This document shows, one piece after another, positions 30,014 through 39,994 of a stretch of DNA of 64,000 bases; within the stretch, counting starts at the first letter, position 1, and the number at the start of each line of letters is the position of its first letter. The notes under the pieces were generated by a model that saw nothing but the letters and a program-made list of their open reading frames with translations, searched no databases and had not been told where the DNA came from. The translations under genes and the position numbers were made by a program. This stretch comes from an uncultured Verrucomicrobiae bacterium. GTDB taxonomy: Bacteria; Verrucomicrobiota; Verrucomicrobiia; Chthoniobacterales; JAFAMB01. Location: the NCBI GenBank assembly GCA_963813025.1, contig CAWEXO010000005.1, forward strand, positions 96,001 through 160,000, given 5' to 3'.

Positions 30014-32602
30014 GTGCCAGTCGCGCGCACTCCGTGCCACGTAGTCATCGCAGCTCAATTGACTGTCAGCCGCCGAGCTGACAAGCTTCCCCCCGTGCCC
30101 GCCACCGCAAATCGAGGACTGGTCAGCGCTGGCCGCTGGAATGAAGTACTCGATGCTTCCGGCCAGCCGCGTTCCGCTTACCAACCGCTGCTGCAATGCC
30201 TCAACCGTCTGAGTTCCGCAGAACTCACCGATGTCGAGGAACGACTCGACGCCACCCTGCGCGAACTCGGAGTCACTTTTGAGCTGCCGACCGACGGACG
30301 ACGCAACACCTGGTTTTGTGATCTTCTGCCCCAAGTCTTCCTCCAGGACGAATGGGATCTGATCGCGCGCGGTTTCCAGCAACGGATTCGCGCGTTTGAG
30401 CTCTTCCTCCAGGACATCTATGGCGACCGTGAAATCCTGCGACAACGGATCATTCCTATTCCGGTGATGCTGGGCAGTCCGAATTTTCAACGCGCCGCGG
30501 TTCGTCTGCCGGTCGCAAAAGCTCATTTTCTGCATCTCAGCGGCCTCTCTTTATGTCGCAACGCCGAGGGTACGCTCCTCGTAAAGAACCATTACTTCAG
30601 CCACCCTTCCGGACTTTCCTATATGATCCAGAACCGCCGCCTGCTCGCGCGGGTCCTGCCAGAGATTTTCGAGCGGATGCCGATCGAATCGATTGCTGAC
30701 ATTCCGACCGAGATAATGCTGCGGCTGCGGACGGCCGCAGGTCGCAACAATCCCTCCACTGTTTTGCTCAGTCCCGGGGTAGGTAGCGCGGTGTACTCCG
30801 AGCACAGTTTCCTGGCCCGCCGGATGGGTATTCCCCTCGTCCAGGGTGGCGATCTGGTAGTCCTTCAGGATACACTCTTTTTGCGCACGGTGGCCGGTCT
30901 GGAAAGGGTCGATGTAGTCTACAGCCGATTGGCAGATCCCTGGCTCGATCCCCTGGTTTTTCGCCCACGGAGCCGGCTCGGTGTTCCCGGGCTGATCCAA
31001 TGTGTGCGCAAGGGCAACCTGGCGCTGGTAAACAGTGTGGGTGCTCAGCTGGCGGACGATCGCAGCTTGCTCCATTGGGCCGATCCCATCATCCGGTTTT
31101 ATCTGGGCGAGGCGCCAGTGTTGCCGACCCTCGCCACCTACTGGATTGGCGATCTCGATCAACGAGAAATGGTTCTGGAAAGACTTGATCAGTTTCAGCT
31201 GCGGGCTCTCACGGGCGAGCGCGCTTTAGTTGCCGACAACGAGCATGCGGAGACCGAGATCCGTGCCGAGACGCGCAGGTCTCCCCATCTCTGGGTGGCT
31301 CAGCCGCGCGAGGACGCCGCACAGACGGTTGGTTATCTGCGCGGACGCCGGACGATGCGCCGGCAAGATCATATTGTCTACGGCATCCGGGGACCGGAAT
31401 CTTTTGCGGTCTTTCCGGGAGCCCTCACCCGGGTTTCGGCGGATGCTTCCGGGCAAACCGAGTCGGAGCATGGCGGAGGCGGCAAAGACACTTGGGTCTT
31501 GCGTGAGGCGAAGGTCAGACACCTGCGGCCGCTCCGATTCCGGCGAGCTCGGCTGCGGGAAGGCGAACGGGTGAGCAGCCGGGTCGCTGAATCGTTTTAT
31601 TGGCTGGGCCGCTACCTGGAACGCGCCTTTGTCGTTGCCAAAATGGTTCAGACGATTGAAGCGGTCGAAATGGAGGAGTTAAACGCTACTGAACGAAAGC
31701 TTTGCCGTCCGGTTTGGGACCAGCTCTTGCCATCGCTCGACTCACCAAAAAAGGGGCGCAGACGCAGTATAGCGAATGTGGAAGAACGTTACCGGGTCAT
31801 GCTGGACACAACCGATCCTGGCTCGGTGAGTTTCATGATCGGGATGAGTCTGAATAATGCCGACTCACTTAGAGAAGCGATCAGCCCCGAGGCCTGGGTA
31901 CCGCTTGCCTTTTTGCGGGCGCTTTTCCAGCGCAATCGATTCCGAGAAGGCACCAGCGAAGCCGACGCCCGGCGGGTGACGCGCCGGTTAGCCGACGCCC
32001 TGGTCTCGCACATACCGCAGTTTTTCGCGACCGCTCAACTCTCGATGCTGGCAAATGACGGTTGGAGTTTCAGTGAGTTGGGGCAAGCACTCGAACGCGC
32101 TGTTTCCACGGCCAGCGATAGTCTGGCCATCACTCACTCGATCTGCCGCCGGCTGCGCGAGGGGCACCTCATCGAGATTGAACTTTCTGCCTTTCTCCGC
32201 CTGATGGGAGCCCGCGATCCGTACCGGCGCATTTATCAGAACCGTTCCGAACCCGCTTCGGTACTCGAGCTTTTGTGGCAGAATAAGGAACTCTCGCGTT
32301 CGGTCACCTGGTGCTTAAACCGGTGTACTGAGCGTTTGAACGCTTCTCTTCCGCCAAATTCCTCGACGGCTGCGGTCGCTCTAAATTTTCTGGAAGCTCT
32401 CCGTCAGCGGATCCGGCGAATCGATTGGTACAGTTTTTTCGCGGGGGCAGAGGATAGCGGATTGCGCGCGGTCCACGAGGAACAACTGGTGGAGCTCCTG
32501 CAGGCTCTCTTGTTCGATACGGGTCAGGTGCACCATGTGATCGCCGACAACTTCCTCAATCACCAGAAGGCCATCTCCGATCCGGAACCGATGCTGTTGT
32601 AG
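30014..32602 (+). CDS. Circularly permuted type 2 ATP-grasp fused to an alpha-E domain
   Basis: 'PSGLSYMIQNR', 'EHSFLARRMG', 'GGGGKDTWV', then 'SRVAESFYWLGRYLERA' and 'GQALERA'. Start uncertain. Confidence 0.9.
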   Translation: MPVARTPCHVVIAAQLTVSRRADKLPPVPATANRGLVSAGRWNEVLDASGQPRSAYQPLLQCLNRLSSAELTDVEERLDATLRELGVTFELPTDGRRNTWFCDLLPQVFLQDEWDLIARGFQQRIRAFELFLQDIYGDREILRQRIIPIPVMLGSPNFQRAAVRLPVAKAHFLHLSGLSLCRNAEGTLLVKNHYFSHPSGLSYMIQNRRLLARVLPEIFERMPIESIADIPTEIMLRLRTAAGRNNPSTVLLSPGVGSAVYSEHSFLARRMGIPLVQGGDLVVLQDTLFLRTVAGLERVDVVYSRLADPWLDPLVFRPRSRLGVPGLIQCVRKGNLALVNSVGAQLADDRSLLHWADPIIRFYLGEAPVLPTLATYWIGDLDQREMVLERLDQFQLRALTGERALVADNEHAETEIRAETRRSPHLWVAQPREDAAQTVGYLRGRRTMRRQDHIVYGIRGPESFAVFPGALTRVSADASGQTESEHGGGGKDTWVLREAKVRHLRPLRFRRARLREGERVSSRVAESFYWLGRYLERAFVVAKMVQTIEAVEMEELNATERKLCRPVWDQLLPSLDSPKKGRRRSIANVEERYRVMLDTTDPGSVSFMIGMSLNNADSLREAISPEAWVPLAFLRALFQRNRFREGTSEADARRVTRRLADALVSHIPQFFATAQLSMLANDGWSFSELGQALERAVSTASDSLAITHSICRRLREGHLIEIELSAFLRLMGARDPYRRIYQNRSEPASVLELLWQNKELSRSVTWCLNRCTERLNASLPPNSSTAAVALNFLEALRQRIRRIDWYSFFAGAEDSGLRAVHEEQLVELLQALLFDTGQVHHVIADNFLNHQKAISDPEPMLL

Positions 32603-32618
32603 TGATCAGCTGGACAAC

Positions 32619-33260
32619 TGACAGTCAATCGAGCGGTGGGAGCGGTGGGAGCGGTTTCAGCGAGTGGATGTAGCGCCAGAGCGGTTGGAGAGCGCAGCTG
32701 GTTTGTCGTTGGGAGGCAATGTCTTCTCGTGCTTAGCGGGTTCGATTTTGGACAGGGCAGTTCGTCGGGCAGAGTAAACCATGGCGCTTATTTCGCTCGC
32801 GCGTTCGCTGGCGCCGCGGATTTTTGGTGAGACCAAAGTTTTGGATTCTTGCAGAAGCTCGAGCCAGAAAACGCTTTCATCGATCTCTTCTAAAACGACG
32901 CCAAGTTTGGCGATGAACTCGGGTTTGGACCGGGCTCTTCTCGTCGAGCGGTAATTTGCTCCGGCGGATGTCGCGGACCGAACAAGTTGATGCGAAATTA
33001 TTTTGCCCGCACAACTGTTTGGTAGTCCGGCAAAAGAGCCATCACTTCCAAGGCAAACTGTTTCGTTTTGTTCAAAAGCGGAGAGCTAGAGTCGTTCATG
33101 CGATCCTTATAAGTGAGATTGTATAACATAACAATAACAAATATTGTATCTTTATCCCGACGGACTTGCATGGGCATCAGCTGGTCAATTTCAGCCGCTC
33201 TCGCGCTACATCCCTCCGCTGAACCCGCTCCCGCCGCTCCCTCCGCTCAGTTGACTGTCA
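32619..33260. mobile_element. 642-bp cassette bounded by 70-bp imperfect inverted repeats and a 9-bp direct repeat
   Basis: 32619-32688 versus the reverse complement of 33191-33260 match at about 59/70. CTGGACAAC occurs at 32610-32618 and 33262-33270. Confidence 0.65.
32657..33099 (-). CDS. Four-helix-bundle protein (23S rRNA IVP / Avd-like), two homopolymer indels; missed by the ORF track
   Basis: Manual translation gives MNDSSSPLLNKTKQFALEVMAL / ..GLPNSCAGKIISHQLVRSATSAGANYRSTRRARSKPEFIAKLGVVLEEIDESVFWLELLQES.. / ..ASEISAMVYSARRTA. Confidence 0.88.
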
Positions 33261-33292
33261 ACTGGACAACGGTTTACCTGTTACAATTTCCC

Positions 33293-35179
33293 ATGACCTC
33301 TCTGGCGTTTTGTCGTCGTGCTCTGGCTGATCGTGATGAATTCTGGTCTGGCCAGGCTCGCGCCATTCACTGGCAACGGTCGTTCGAGAAAGTCTGCGAT
33401 TTCTCCAATCCGCCGTTTGTTCGCTGGTTTGCCGGGGGCTTGACAAACCTGAGCTATAACGCAGTTGACCGGCATCTGGACCAACGTGGAAACCAACCAG
33501 CTATTTATTACCTATCAACTGAGGTAAACGAAGAAAAGGCGTTCTCCTTCAACGAGCTATACCAAGAGATAAATCGATTCGCGGCCGTGCTCCAAAGCCT
33601 TGGCCTTCAGCGCGGCGATCGCGTCGTCATTTATCTGCCGATGATCCCGGAAGCCGCCTTTGCCATGCTCGCTTGCATTCGGCTAGGCCTCATTCATTCC
33701 GTCGTTTTTGCCGGATTCGCGCCAGCGAGCTTGGCTGCCCGGATCGATGACGCTGAAGCCAGGCTTGTCATCACCGCCGACGCGGCCCTGCGCGGCGGCA
33801 AGATCATTCCTTTGAAGCGCTTGGTCGACGAAGCCGTTGAGCTGGCAAAACGTCCTCCGGTTAATGTTCTGGTCTGCGATCGCGGGGTTGAACAAATCAA
33901 GTGGCATCGGGAGCGCGACCACGATTACGCCTCACTCCGCGAGCGGTTTTCCGAGACGCGAATCCCGCCAGTCTGGCTGGAAAGTGGAGAGACCAGCTAT
34001 CTTCTTTACACTTCGGGAACAACAGCCCAACCCAAAGGCATCCAGCGCGATACTGGCGGTTACGCCGTGGCTTTGGCGATGACAATGCGTTATCTGTTCG
34101 CCGGCAAGCCCGGTGAGACAATGTTCACCGCTGCGGACGTGGGCTGGGCGGTTGGGCATTCTTACGGAGTTTACGGCCCGTTGCTGCAAGGGATGAGTAC
34201 GGTTCTGTACGAGGGCCTGCCGACAAACCCGGATGGAGCGATCTGGTGGAAAATCGTCGAAAAATATCAGGCCACGGTGATGTTTACTTCACCGACGGCC
34301 ATTCGTGTCCTGAAACGGCAAGATCCCGACCTGTTGCACCGGCACAATACCAAGTCTTTGCAAAGGTTGTATCTTGCGGGCGAACCGCTGGACGAACCGA
34401 CCTGGCGATGGATCACCGAGGCGCTCGGCATCCCGGTTATCGATAACTATTGGCAAACAGAAACGGGTTGGCCGGTACTCGCGCTGCTACCTGGGTTGGA
34501 AACACCGGCAATCCGGCCGGGATCGCCGGGGATAGCCATGCCCGGGTATGATGCAAAGATCGTTCACCCCGATACCGGTGAACCGCTGCCTCGCGGTGAG
34601 AAAGGTGTGCTGGCGTTTGATCTTCCCTTACCGCCTGGATGCATGCCGACGGTTTGGAAACGTGACGAAGTATTCCGCAACCACTACTGCAGCCAGTTTC
34701 CGGGCAAACTCCTCTACTCTACCTTCGACTACGCACTGCAGGACGATGATGGTTATTTCTTTCTCCTGGGCCGGTCGGATGACGTGATCAATGTCTCGGG
34801 ACATCGCCTGGGAACACGCGAGATCGAGGAAACGGTGGCGTCTCATCCAGCAGTGGCGGAAGCGGCCGCGGTCGGCGCCAGCGATGACCTCAAAGGCCAG
34901 GCCGTGCACTGCTTCGTTGTTCTGAAGGCAAAAGAAGAAAGCGATACGGGCGACATCAGAAAGGAAATCTCGGATATCATAGTCGGGCGCCTGGGAGCTT
35001 TTGCTCGCCCGTCTATGGTGTACCTGGTTAAGGGCTTGCCAAAAACCCGTTCCGGAAAAATCTTGCGCCGGGCGATTCTGGCCATTGCTGAGGGCCGGAA
35101 CCCAGGCGACCTAAGCACCCTGGAAGACCCAGTCGCGTTGGAGGCAATTCGCCACCTGATCGAAGTCGCCACTGGCTGA
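33293..35179 (+). CDS. prpE: Propionate--CoA ligase (acyl-CoA synthetase)
   Basis: 'YTSGTTAQPKGIQRDTGGYAVAL', 'IDNYWQTETGW', 'LPKTRSGKILRR'. Confidence 0.88.
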   Translation: MTSLAFCRRALADRDEFWSGQARAIHWQRSFEKVCDFSNPPFVRWFAGGLTNLSYNAVDRHLDQRGNQPAIYYLSTEVNEEKAFSFNELYQEINRFAAVLQSLGLQRGDRVVIYLPMIPEAAFAMLACIRLGLIHSVVFAGFAPASLAARIDDAEARLVITADAALRGGKIIPLKRLVDEAVELAKRPPVNVLVCDRGVEQIKWHRERDHDYASLRERFSETRIPPVWLESGETSYLLYTSGTTAQPKGIQRDTGGYAVALAMTMRYLFAGKPGETMFTAADVGWAVGHSYGVYGPLLQGMSTVLYEGLPTNPDGAIWWKIVEKYQATVMFTSPTAIRVLKRQDPDLLHRHNTKSLQRLYLAGEPLDEPTWRWITEALGIPVIDNYWQTETGWPVLALLPGLETPAIRPGSPGIAMPGYDAKIVHPDTGEPLPRGEKGVLAFDLPLPPGCMPTVWKRDEVFRNHYCSQFPGKLLYSTFDYALQDDDGYFFLLGRSDDVINVSGHRLGTREIEETVASHPAVAEAAAVGASDDLKGQAVHCFVVLKAKEESDTGDIRKEISDIIVGRLGAFARPSMVYLVKGLPKTRSGKILRRAILAIAEGRNPGDLSTLEDPVALEAIRHLIEVATG

Positions 35180-35184
35180 GTTGC

Positions 35185-35221
35185 TGATGACCGATGACCA
35201 CTGACCCATGACCGATGACGA
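35185..35221 (+). repeat. Heptamer tandem repeat (NNTGACC)n
   Basis: gatgacc gatgacc actgacc catgacc gatgacg, just after the prpE stop. Confidence 0.85.
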
Positions 35222-35389
35222 CTCGCGCAGCGCTGTCAGGACATTGCAAAGAAGGAAGAATCAAGCTTTCTGATCTTTTGCACTACTGTCCGTGAAAATG
35301 TTGTTTTCCTGCGAGGATTTACGAGGAGCTGAACAGTTTGAAGATTGACCGGCAAGATGCCGGTATCACGGTGGAAAAGTGGCACAGGC

Positions 35390-35750
35390 TTCCAGGGTCT
35401 GTCGGACTTTGGCCAATCTGTAGCTCGCGCAATCGAGCTAAGGTTCGAGACATGTCCCAAAGCGTCTTTGGTCCTGCGCCGGTAGGGCGAAAATTTATTC
35501 GAGCCTTAGCGAGAACTTGTTTGAGCCGTCTTCAGTGTGACCTGCCGCAGCGCCCGGCTCGAACGAGTCTTCGCCGAAAGGCTCAGATGAATTCTCGCCC
35601 TACCGATTTTGGGATGTTGCGAGACATTCTCTAAATTTTCGCCCTACCGCCACAAGACAGTGCGGCATTCTGAGACGATCTCTAACCGCTCGGGCGACCA
35701 ATCGCTTGGGTGGCGTGCTACAGATTTCCAAAGTCCGACAAGTCCTGGAA
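35390..35750. repeat. Nested inverted-repeat cluster containing REP-like copy 2 (35481-35604)
   Basis: Outer arms TTCCAGGGTCTGTCGGACTTTGG..CTGTAGC and GCTACAG..CCAAAGTCCGACAAGTCCTGGAA enclose GGTAGGGCG...CGCCCTACC. Confidence 0.9.
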
Positions 35751-36519
35751 GGCGGGTGCTCTGCGCGAAGACGACCCGATCTATCGGATGTACAAGCTGG
35801 CCGAACCAATCGGTGGCAAGGTGACAAACCGCGACATCGACCGGCTGAATTTATGGGGTCTGAAGTCTTAATCGATACGAGTGGCTCCTACGCACAGTTG
35901 GATCTCAAGGATTCGACACATGAAAATGAAGGCGTGGTTGATTGCTCACCGCCCAGCGTTTGTAGCCGTGACGACAGAATGGATAATAGGAGAGACGTGT
36001 ACGCTTCTGGTTGCCCGGCGTGTTCCGCATTTGATCGACCGTTTCTCGATCAACTCGCTGAGAGTACGGCTCTGCGGACGATCAATCCGATATGGATCTG
36101 TTAGACCAGACAAAATCGTTTCTACGGAAGCACGCGAATCATGGTTATTCGTTTGTGGATTGTCTGAGTTTTTGCGTAATGAAAAGCCGCCGAATCTCGG
36201 AAGCGCTCACCACGGGACGCGCATTTTCGCAAAGCCGGCTTTAGCGCTTTGCTCGCGTCAGCCTGAATCCGTAATTGCGGACAACCTTCTCCGTACAGGG
36301 ATCGTGTCGCACGAGGCCGTGTGTCTTACGCCCGTGAGCTCTCAGCGGCACCACGCGCGCCCCTTATCAATTCGGCAGACTCCTTTATTGTCGACCGCGA
36401 GATACTTGCTCCGCGGAAATACGCTAGAGAAATTGCACTCCCAAGCCCATAAACGATCGCACCGATGCGCGAGCTGAAACAGACTGAAAACCGCACCGGC
36501 CAAGTTTGTCCGCTGGCTG

Positions 36520-37476
36520 GTGCCGCTCTGCGCGCTTGCGACCTTGTTGCCGTGGGTCTCGGGCGCCATGGCGTTAGTGGCTGGTATCGCCGTGACCCTG
36601 CTTTGGGGCAATCCGTACGCCGAGCGTGCAAAGTCGCTCTCGCGCCAATTACTGCAACTCTCGGTCATCGGGTTGGGCGCGGGTATGAAACTCGGCATCA
36701 TTGGCCAAGTGGGTGTGGCTGGCATCGGCTACACCGTAGTGGGATTGTCAGCAACGCTGCTCGTTGGCGCGCTGGTGGGCCGCTTGCTAAGAGTGAGCCG
36801 GGATGTCACGACGCTCATCAGCGCGGGCACGGCGATCTGCGGCGGTAGCGCCATTGCGGCTATCGCACCGGCGATCCGCGCGAAGGCGCATGACATTTCC
36901 GTTTCTCTCGTGGTTGTTTTTGCCCTCAACGCTCTGGCTCTCCTGATTTTTCCTGCTGTCGGCCACGCACTGCGGCTCAGCGAACGGCAGTTCGGGCTCT
37001 GGTGCGCGCTGGCGATTCACGACACCAGTTCGGTCGTGGGTGCGTCGATGGCGTTTGGAAACTGGGCGCTGGAAGTCGCCACGACGGTTAAGCTCGCGCG
37101 TGCACTCTGGATCGTGCCGGTTACTTTCCTGATCGGTGCAATCTGCGGACGGCGAGCCACCCTAGCCGCGGGGCCGGTCTCGGAAGAGAACCGCGGTAAT
37201 CCCGGTGTCGGCGCGCGCCAATATCCTTGGTTCATCCTCGGTTTTCTGGCGATGGCAGCATTTTTCACGGCGTTGCCCTCGCTGCATGCGTTGAGCCGCG
37301 CCATCGCTGCCATCTCCGGTCAGACGCTCGTCGTCACGCTGTTTCTCATCGGCCTTGGCCTTAATCGCGCCGCGCTGCGCGCGGCAGGATTTCGCCCCTT
37401 TCTGCATGGCATCGCGCTTTGGCTGTGTGTCGGCACGGGCACGTTGGCGGCCATCTACGCCGGCTGGATCTCGTAA
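36520..37476 (+). CDS. YeiH/UPF0324 putative sulfate exporter membrane protein
   Basis: 'GTAICGGSAIAA', 'AIHDTSSVVG', 'VKLARALWI'. Start uncertain. Confidence 0.9.
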   Translation: MPLCALATLLPWVSGAMALVAGIAVTLLWGNPYAERAKSLSRQLLQLSVIGLGAGMKLGIIGQVGVAGIGYTVVGLSATLLVGALVGRLLRVSRDVTTLISAGTAICGGSAIAAIAPAIRAKAHDISVSLVVVFALNALALLIFPAVGHALRLSERQFGLWCALAIHDTSSVVGASMAFGNWALEVATTVKLARALWIVPVTFLIGAICGRRATLAAGPVSEENRGNPGVGARQYPWFILGFLAMAAFFTALPSLHALSRAIAAISGQTLVVTLFLIGLGLNRAALRAAGFRPFLHGIALWLCVGTGTLAAIYAGWIS

Positions 37477-37675
37477 ACCTCACTTCTCCTGAGAAAGCCC
37501 TTATCGACATTCTCGACCGGCTCGATCCCAAAACATCTCGAGCTTGAATATCGGGCGTCATCTTCAAACTGCCTTCCCCCTTGACAGTGCCCCTGCGCGA
37601 TCCATTAAATAGCCATCCAGTTGTTTACCTGACCGCCCCTCGGCAACACGGCTCGTTGCACAGGAGTCCCCGGAC

Positions 37676-38830
37676 ATGGCAGACCGTCGTATCGGATTGA
37701 TCATGCATGGCGTGACGGGTCGGATGGGGATGAACCAGCACCTCATTCGGTCGATCGTCGCGATCCGCGGCGATGGCGGCGTGCCGCTCCGCAACGGCGA
37801 CCGTCTTATGCCCGACCCGATTATCATCGGTCGCAACCGGGAGAAGTTGGAGGCTCTGGCGAAGCAGCACGGCCTGGAGCGTGTCGGCACCGACCTGGAC
37901 TCGGCTCTCGCTGATCCGCAGAACGAGATCTTCTTCGATGCCGCGACCACGCAGATGCGCGCCTCGCTGCTCCGCAAAGCTATCGGTGCTGGCAAGGCTG
38001 TCTATTGCGAGAAGCCAACCGCGGATAATTTGGCCGATGCGCTGGACGTGGCACGGTTGGCCGAGCGGGCCGGCGTAAAGAACGGTGCTGTGCAGGACAA
38101 GCTGTTTCTGCCGGGGCTGGTGAAGCTCAAAATGGCGATCAACAGCGGATTTTTCGGCAAGTTGCTCTCGGTCCGCGGCGAGTTCGGCTATTGGGTATTC
38201 GAAGGCGACCTGCAGCCCGCCCAGCGCCCGTCCTGGAACTACCAGAAGGCGCAGGGCGGCGGGATGATTCTCGATATGCTCTGCCACTGGCGCTACGTGT
38301 TGGACAACATCTTTGGCGAGACGAAATCCGTGTCGTGTCTCGGCGCCACGCACATCCCGCTGCGCTATGATGAGCAGGGCCGTGAGTATCGCGCTGACGC
38401 AGACGACGCCGCCTACGCGACGTTCGAGCTGGAAAACGGGGTGATCGCGCAGATCAACTCCTCCTGGGTTACACGCGTACGGCGCGACGACCTCCTCACC
38501 TTCCATGTGGATGGCACGCATGGCAGCGCGGTTGCCGGTTTGATGAAGTGCTACACGCAGAGCCGGGTGAACACACCCCGGCCTGTGTGGAGCCCCGACA
38601 CGCCCCAGCCGATCAACTTCTTCGAGGGCTGGGAAGAGATCCCTGACACGCAGGATTATCCGAACGGCTTCCGAGCGCAGTGGGAGCTGTTCCTACGTCA
38701 CTTCGTCGGCGAGGTTGCGGAGTTTCCCTGGAGCTTGTTGTCCGCAGCCAAGGGCGTGCAACTGGCGGAGGCCGCCCTGCAATCCTGGGCCGAGCGCCGC
38801 TGGATTGACCTGCCTGAACTGGAGATATAG
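37676..38830 (+). CDS. Gfo/Idh/MocA oxidoreductase
   Basis: 'HGVTGRMGMNQHL', 'YCEKP', 'GGMILDMLCHW'. Confidence 0.93.
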   Translation: MADRRIGLIMHGVTGRMGMNQHLIRSIVAIRGDGGVPLRNGDRLMPDPIIIGRNREKLEALAKQHGLERVGTDLDSALADPQNEIFFDAATTQMRASLLRKAIGAGKAVYCEKPTADNLADALDVARLAERAGVKNGAVQDKLFLPGLVKLKMAINSGFFGKLLSVRGEFGYWVFEGDLQPAQRPSWNYQKAQGGGMILDMLCHWRYVLDNIFGETKSVSCLGATHIPLRYDEQGREYRADADDAAYATFELENGVIAQINSSWVTRVRRDDLLTFHVDGTHGSAVAGLMKCYTQSRVNTPRPVWSPDTPQPINFFEGWEEIPDTQDYPNGFRAQWELFLRHFVGEVAEFPWSLLSAAKGVQLAEAALQSWAERRWIDLPELEI

Positions 38831-38833
38831 GTC

Positions 38834-39994
38834 ATGCCCACCATCGCCCTTCCCACCAAAGAAGGCACGCTCGCGCCCTTCACCACAAGCGCACCCCGGC
38901 AGTTTGCTCATGCGACGCCGCCGTTCCCCCGGATCGCGTACGCCGCCGCGCACGTCGTCGTCGATCCGCTGGCCGAGCAGGATCCATGGGTCGAACCTGT
39001 GATCGATTGGGAGCGCACTATCGCTTTCCGTCGATACCTCTGGTCGCTTGGCTTGGGGGTCGCGGAGGCAATGGACACCGCACAACGCGGGATGGGCCTG
39101 GACTGGGCGGGGGCTAAGACCCTGATCCGGCACAGCCTGGATGCGATGCGGGACATGCCTGGCGCCCTGATCGCGAACGGCGCCGGTACCGACCACCTGG
39201 AGGCTGGATCTGACGTCTCTATCGACGATGTCATTCGCGCCTATGAGGAGCAGTGCGAGGCTGTCGAGAGCATGGGCGGGCGGATCATTCTCATGGCGTC
39301 CCGGGCCTTGGCCAAAGCGGCGCGGTCGCCGGCCGACTACGAGCGGGTCTATGCACGCATTCTGTCCCAGGTGCGTCAGCCAGTCATCATTCACTGGTTG
39401 GGCGAGACGTTCGACCCGGCCCTGGAGGGCTACTGGGGCGACCACGACCACATGGAGGCCATGAAGATCGCGCTCGCGGTTATTCATGCCCATGCGGATA
39501 AGGTGGACGGAGTGAAGATCTCGCTGCTGGATGCCAAGAAGGAGATCTCCATGCGCCGCCGCCTGCCCCGAGGCGTGCGGATGTACACCGGGGACGATTT
39601 CAACTACGCCGAGCTGATCGCTGGCGACCAGGAGGGGCACTCCGATGCCCTGCTGGGCATCTTCGACCCGATCGCGCCGGCGGTGGGAGGAGCGCTCGCC
39701 TCGTTGTCTAAGAACGACTTGGCGACGTTTCACGATATCCTGGCGCCGACCGTGCCCTTGTCGCGTCACATCTTTCAGACACCAACCCGGTTCTACAAAA
39801 CGGGCGTTGTATTCCTGGCTTGGCTGAACGGCCACCAGGACCACTTCGTGATGCTCGGCGGACAGCAATCGGCGCGATCCATTCAGCACTTCGCCGAGCT
39901 GTTCCGGCTCGCCGACGAGGCCGGGCTGCTGCAGGATCCAGACCAGGCCGTGAGCCGCATGCGCTCGCTGCTGGCTGTGCACGGGGTGACGTGA
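38834..39994 (+). CDS. DUF993 / dihydrodipicolinate-synthase-like TIM barrel
   Basis: 'AEAMDTAQRGMG', 'VDGVKISLL', 'YTGDDFNY'. Confidence 0.85.
   Translation: MPTIALPTKEGTLAPFTTSAPRQFAHATPPFPRIAYAAAHVVVDPLAEQDPWVEPVIDWERTIAFRRYLWSLGLGVAEAMDTAQRGMGLDWAGAKTLIRHSLDAMRDMPGALIANGAGTDHLEAGSDVSIDDVIRAYEEQCEAVESMGGRIILMASRALAKAARSPADYERVYARILSQVRQPVIIHWLGETFDPALEGYWGDHDHMEAMKIALAVIHAHADKVDGVKISLLDAKKEISMRRRLPRGVRMYTGDDFNYAELIAGDQEGHSDALLGIFDPIAPAVGGALASLSKNDLATFHDILAPTVPLSRHIFQTPTRFYKTGVVFLAWLNGHQDHFVMLGGQQSARSIQHFAELFRLADEAGLLQDPDQAVSRMRSLLAVHGVT

Noticed and set aside
32657..33099. Avd-like gene as part of a diversity-generating retroelement
   Set aside because: No reverse transcriptase and no TR/VR repeat pair were seen in the window.
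33113..33292. N-terminal extension of prpE given in the ORF track
   Set aside because: It translates the inverted-repeat arm. The ATG at 33293 fits the family better.
35706..36477. ORFs 35706-36104 and 35881-36477
   Set aside because: No recognisable family, overlapping frames and partial overlap with repeats; they cannot be supported.
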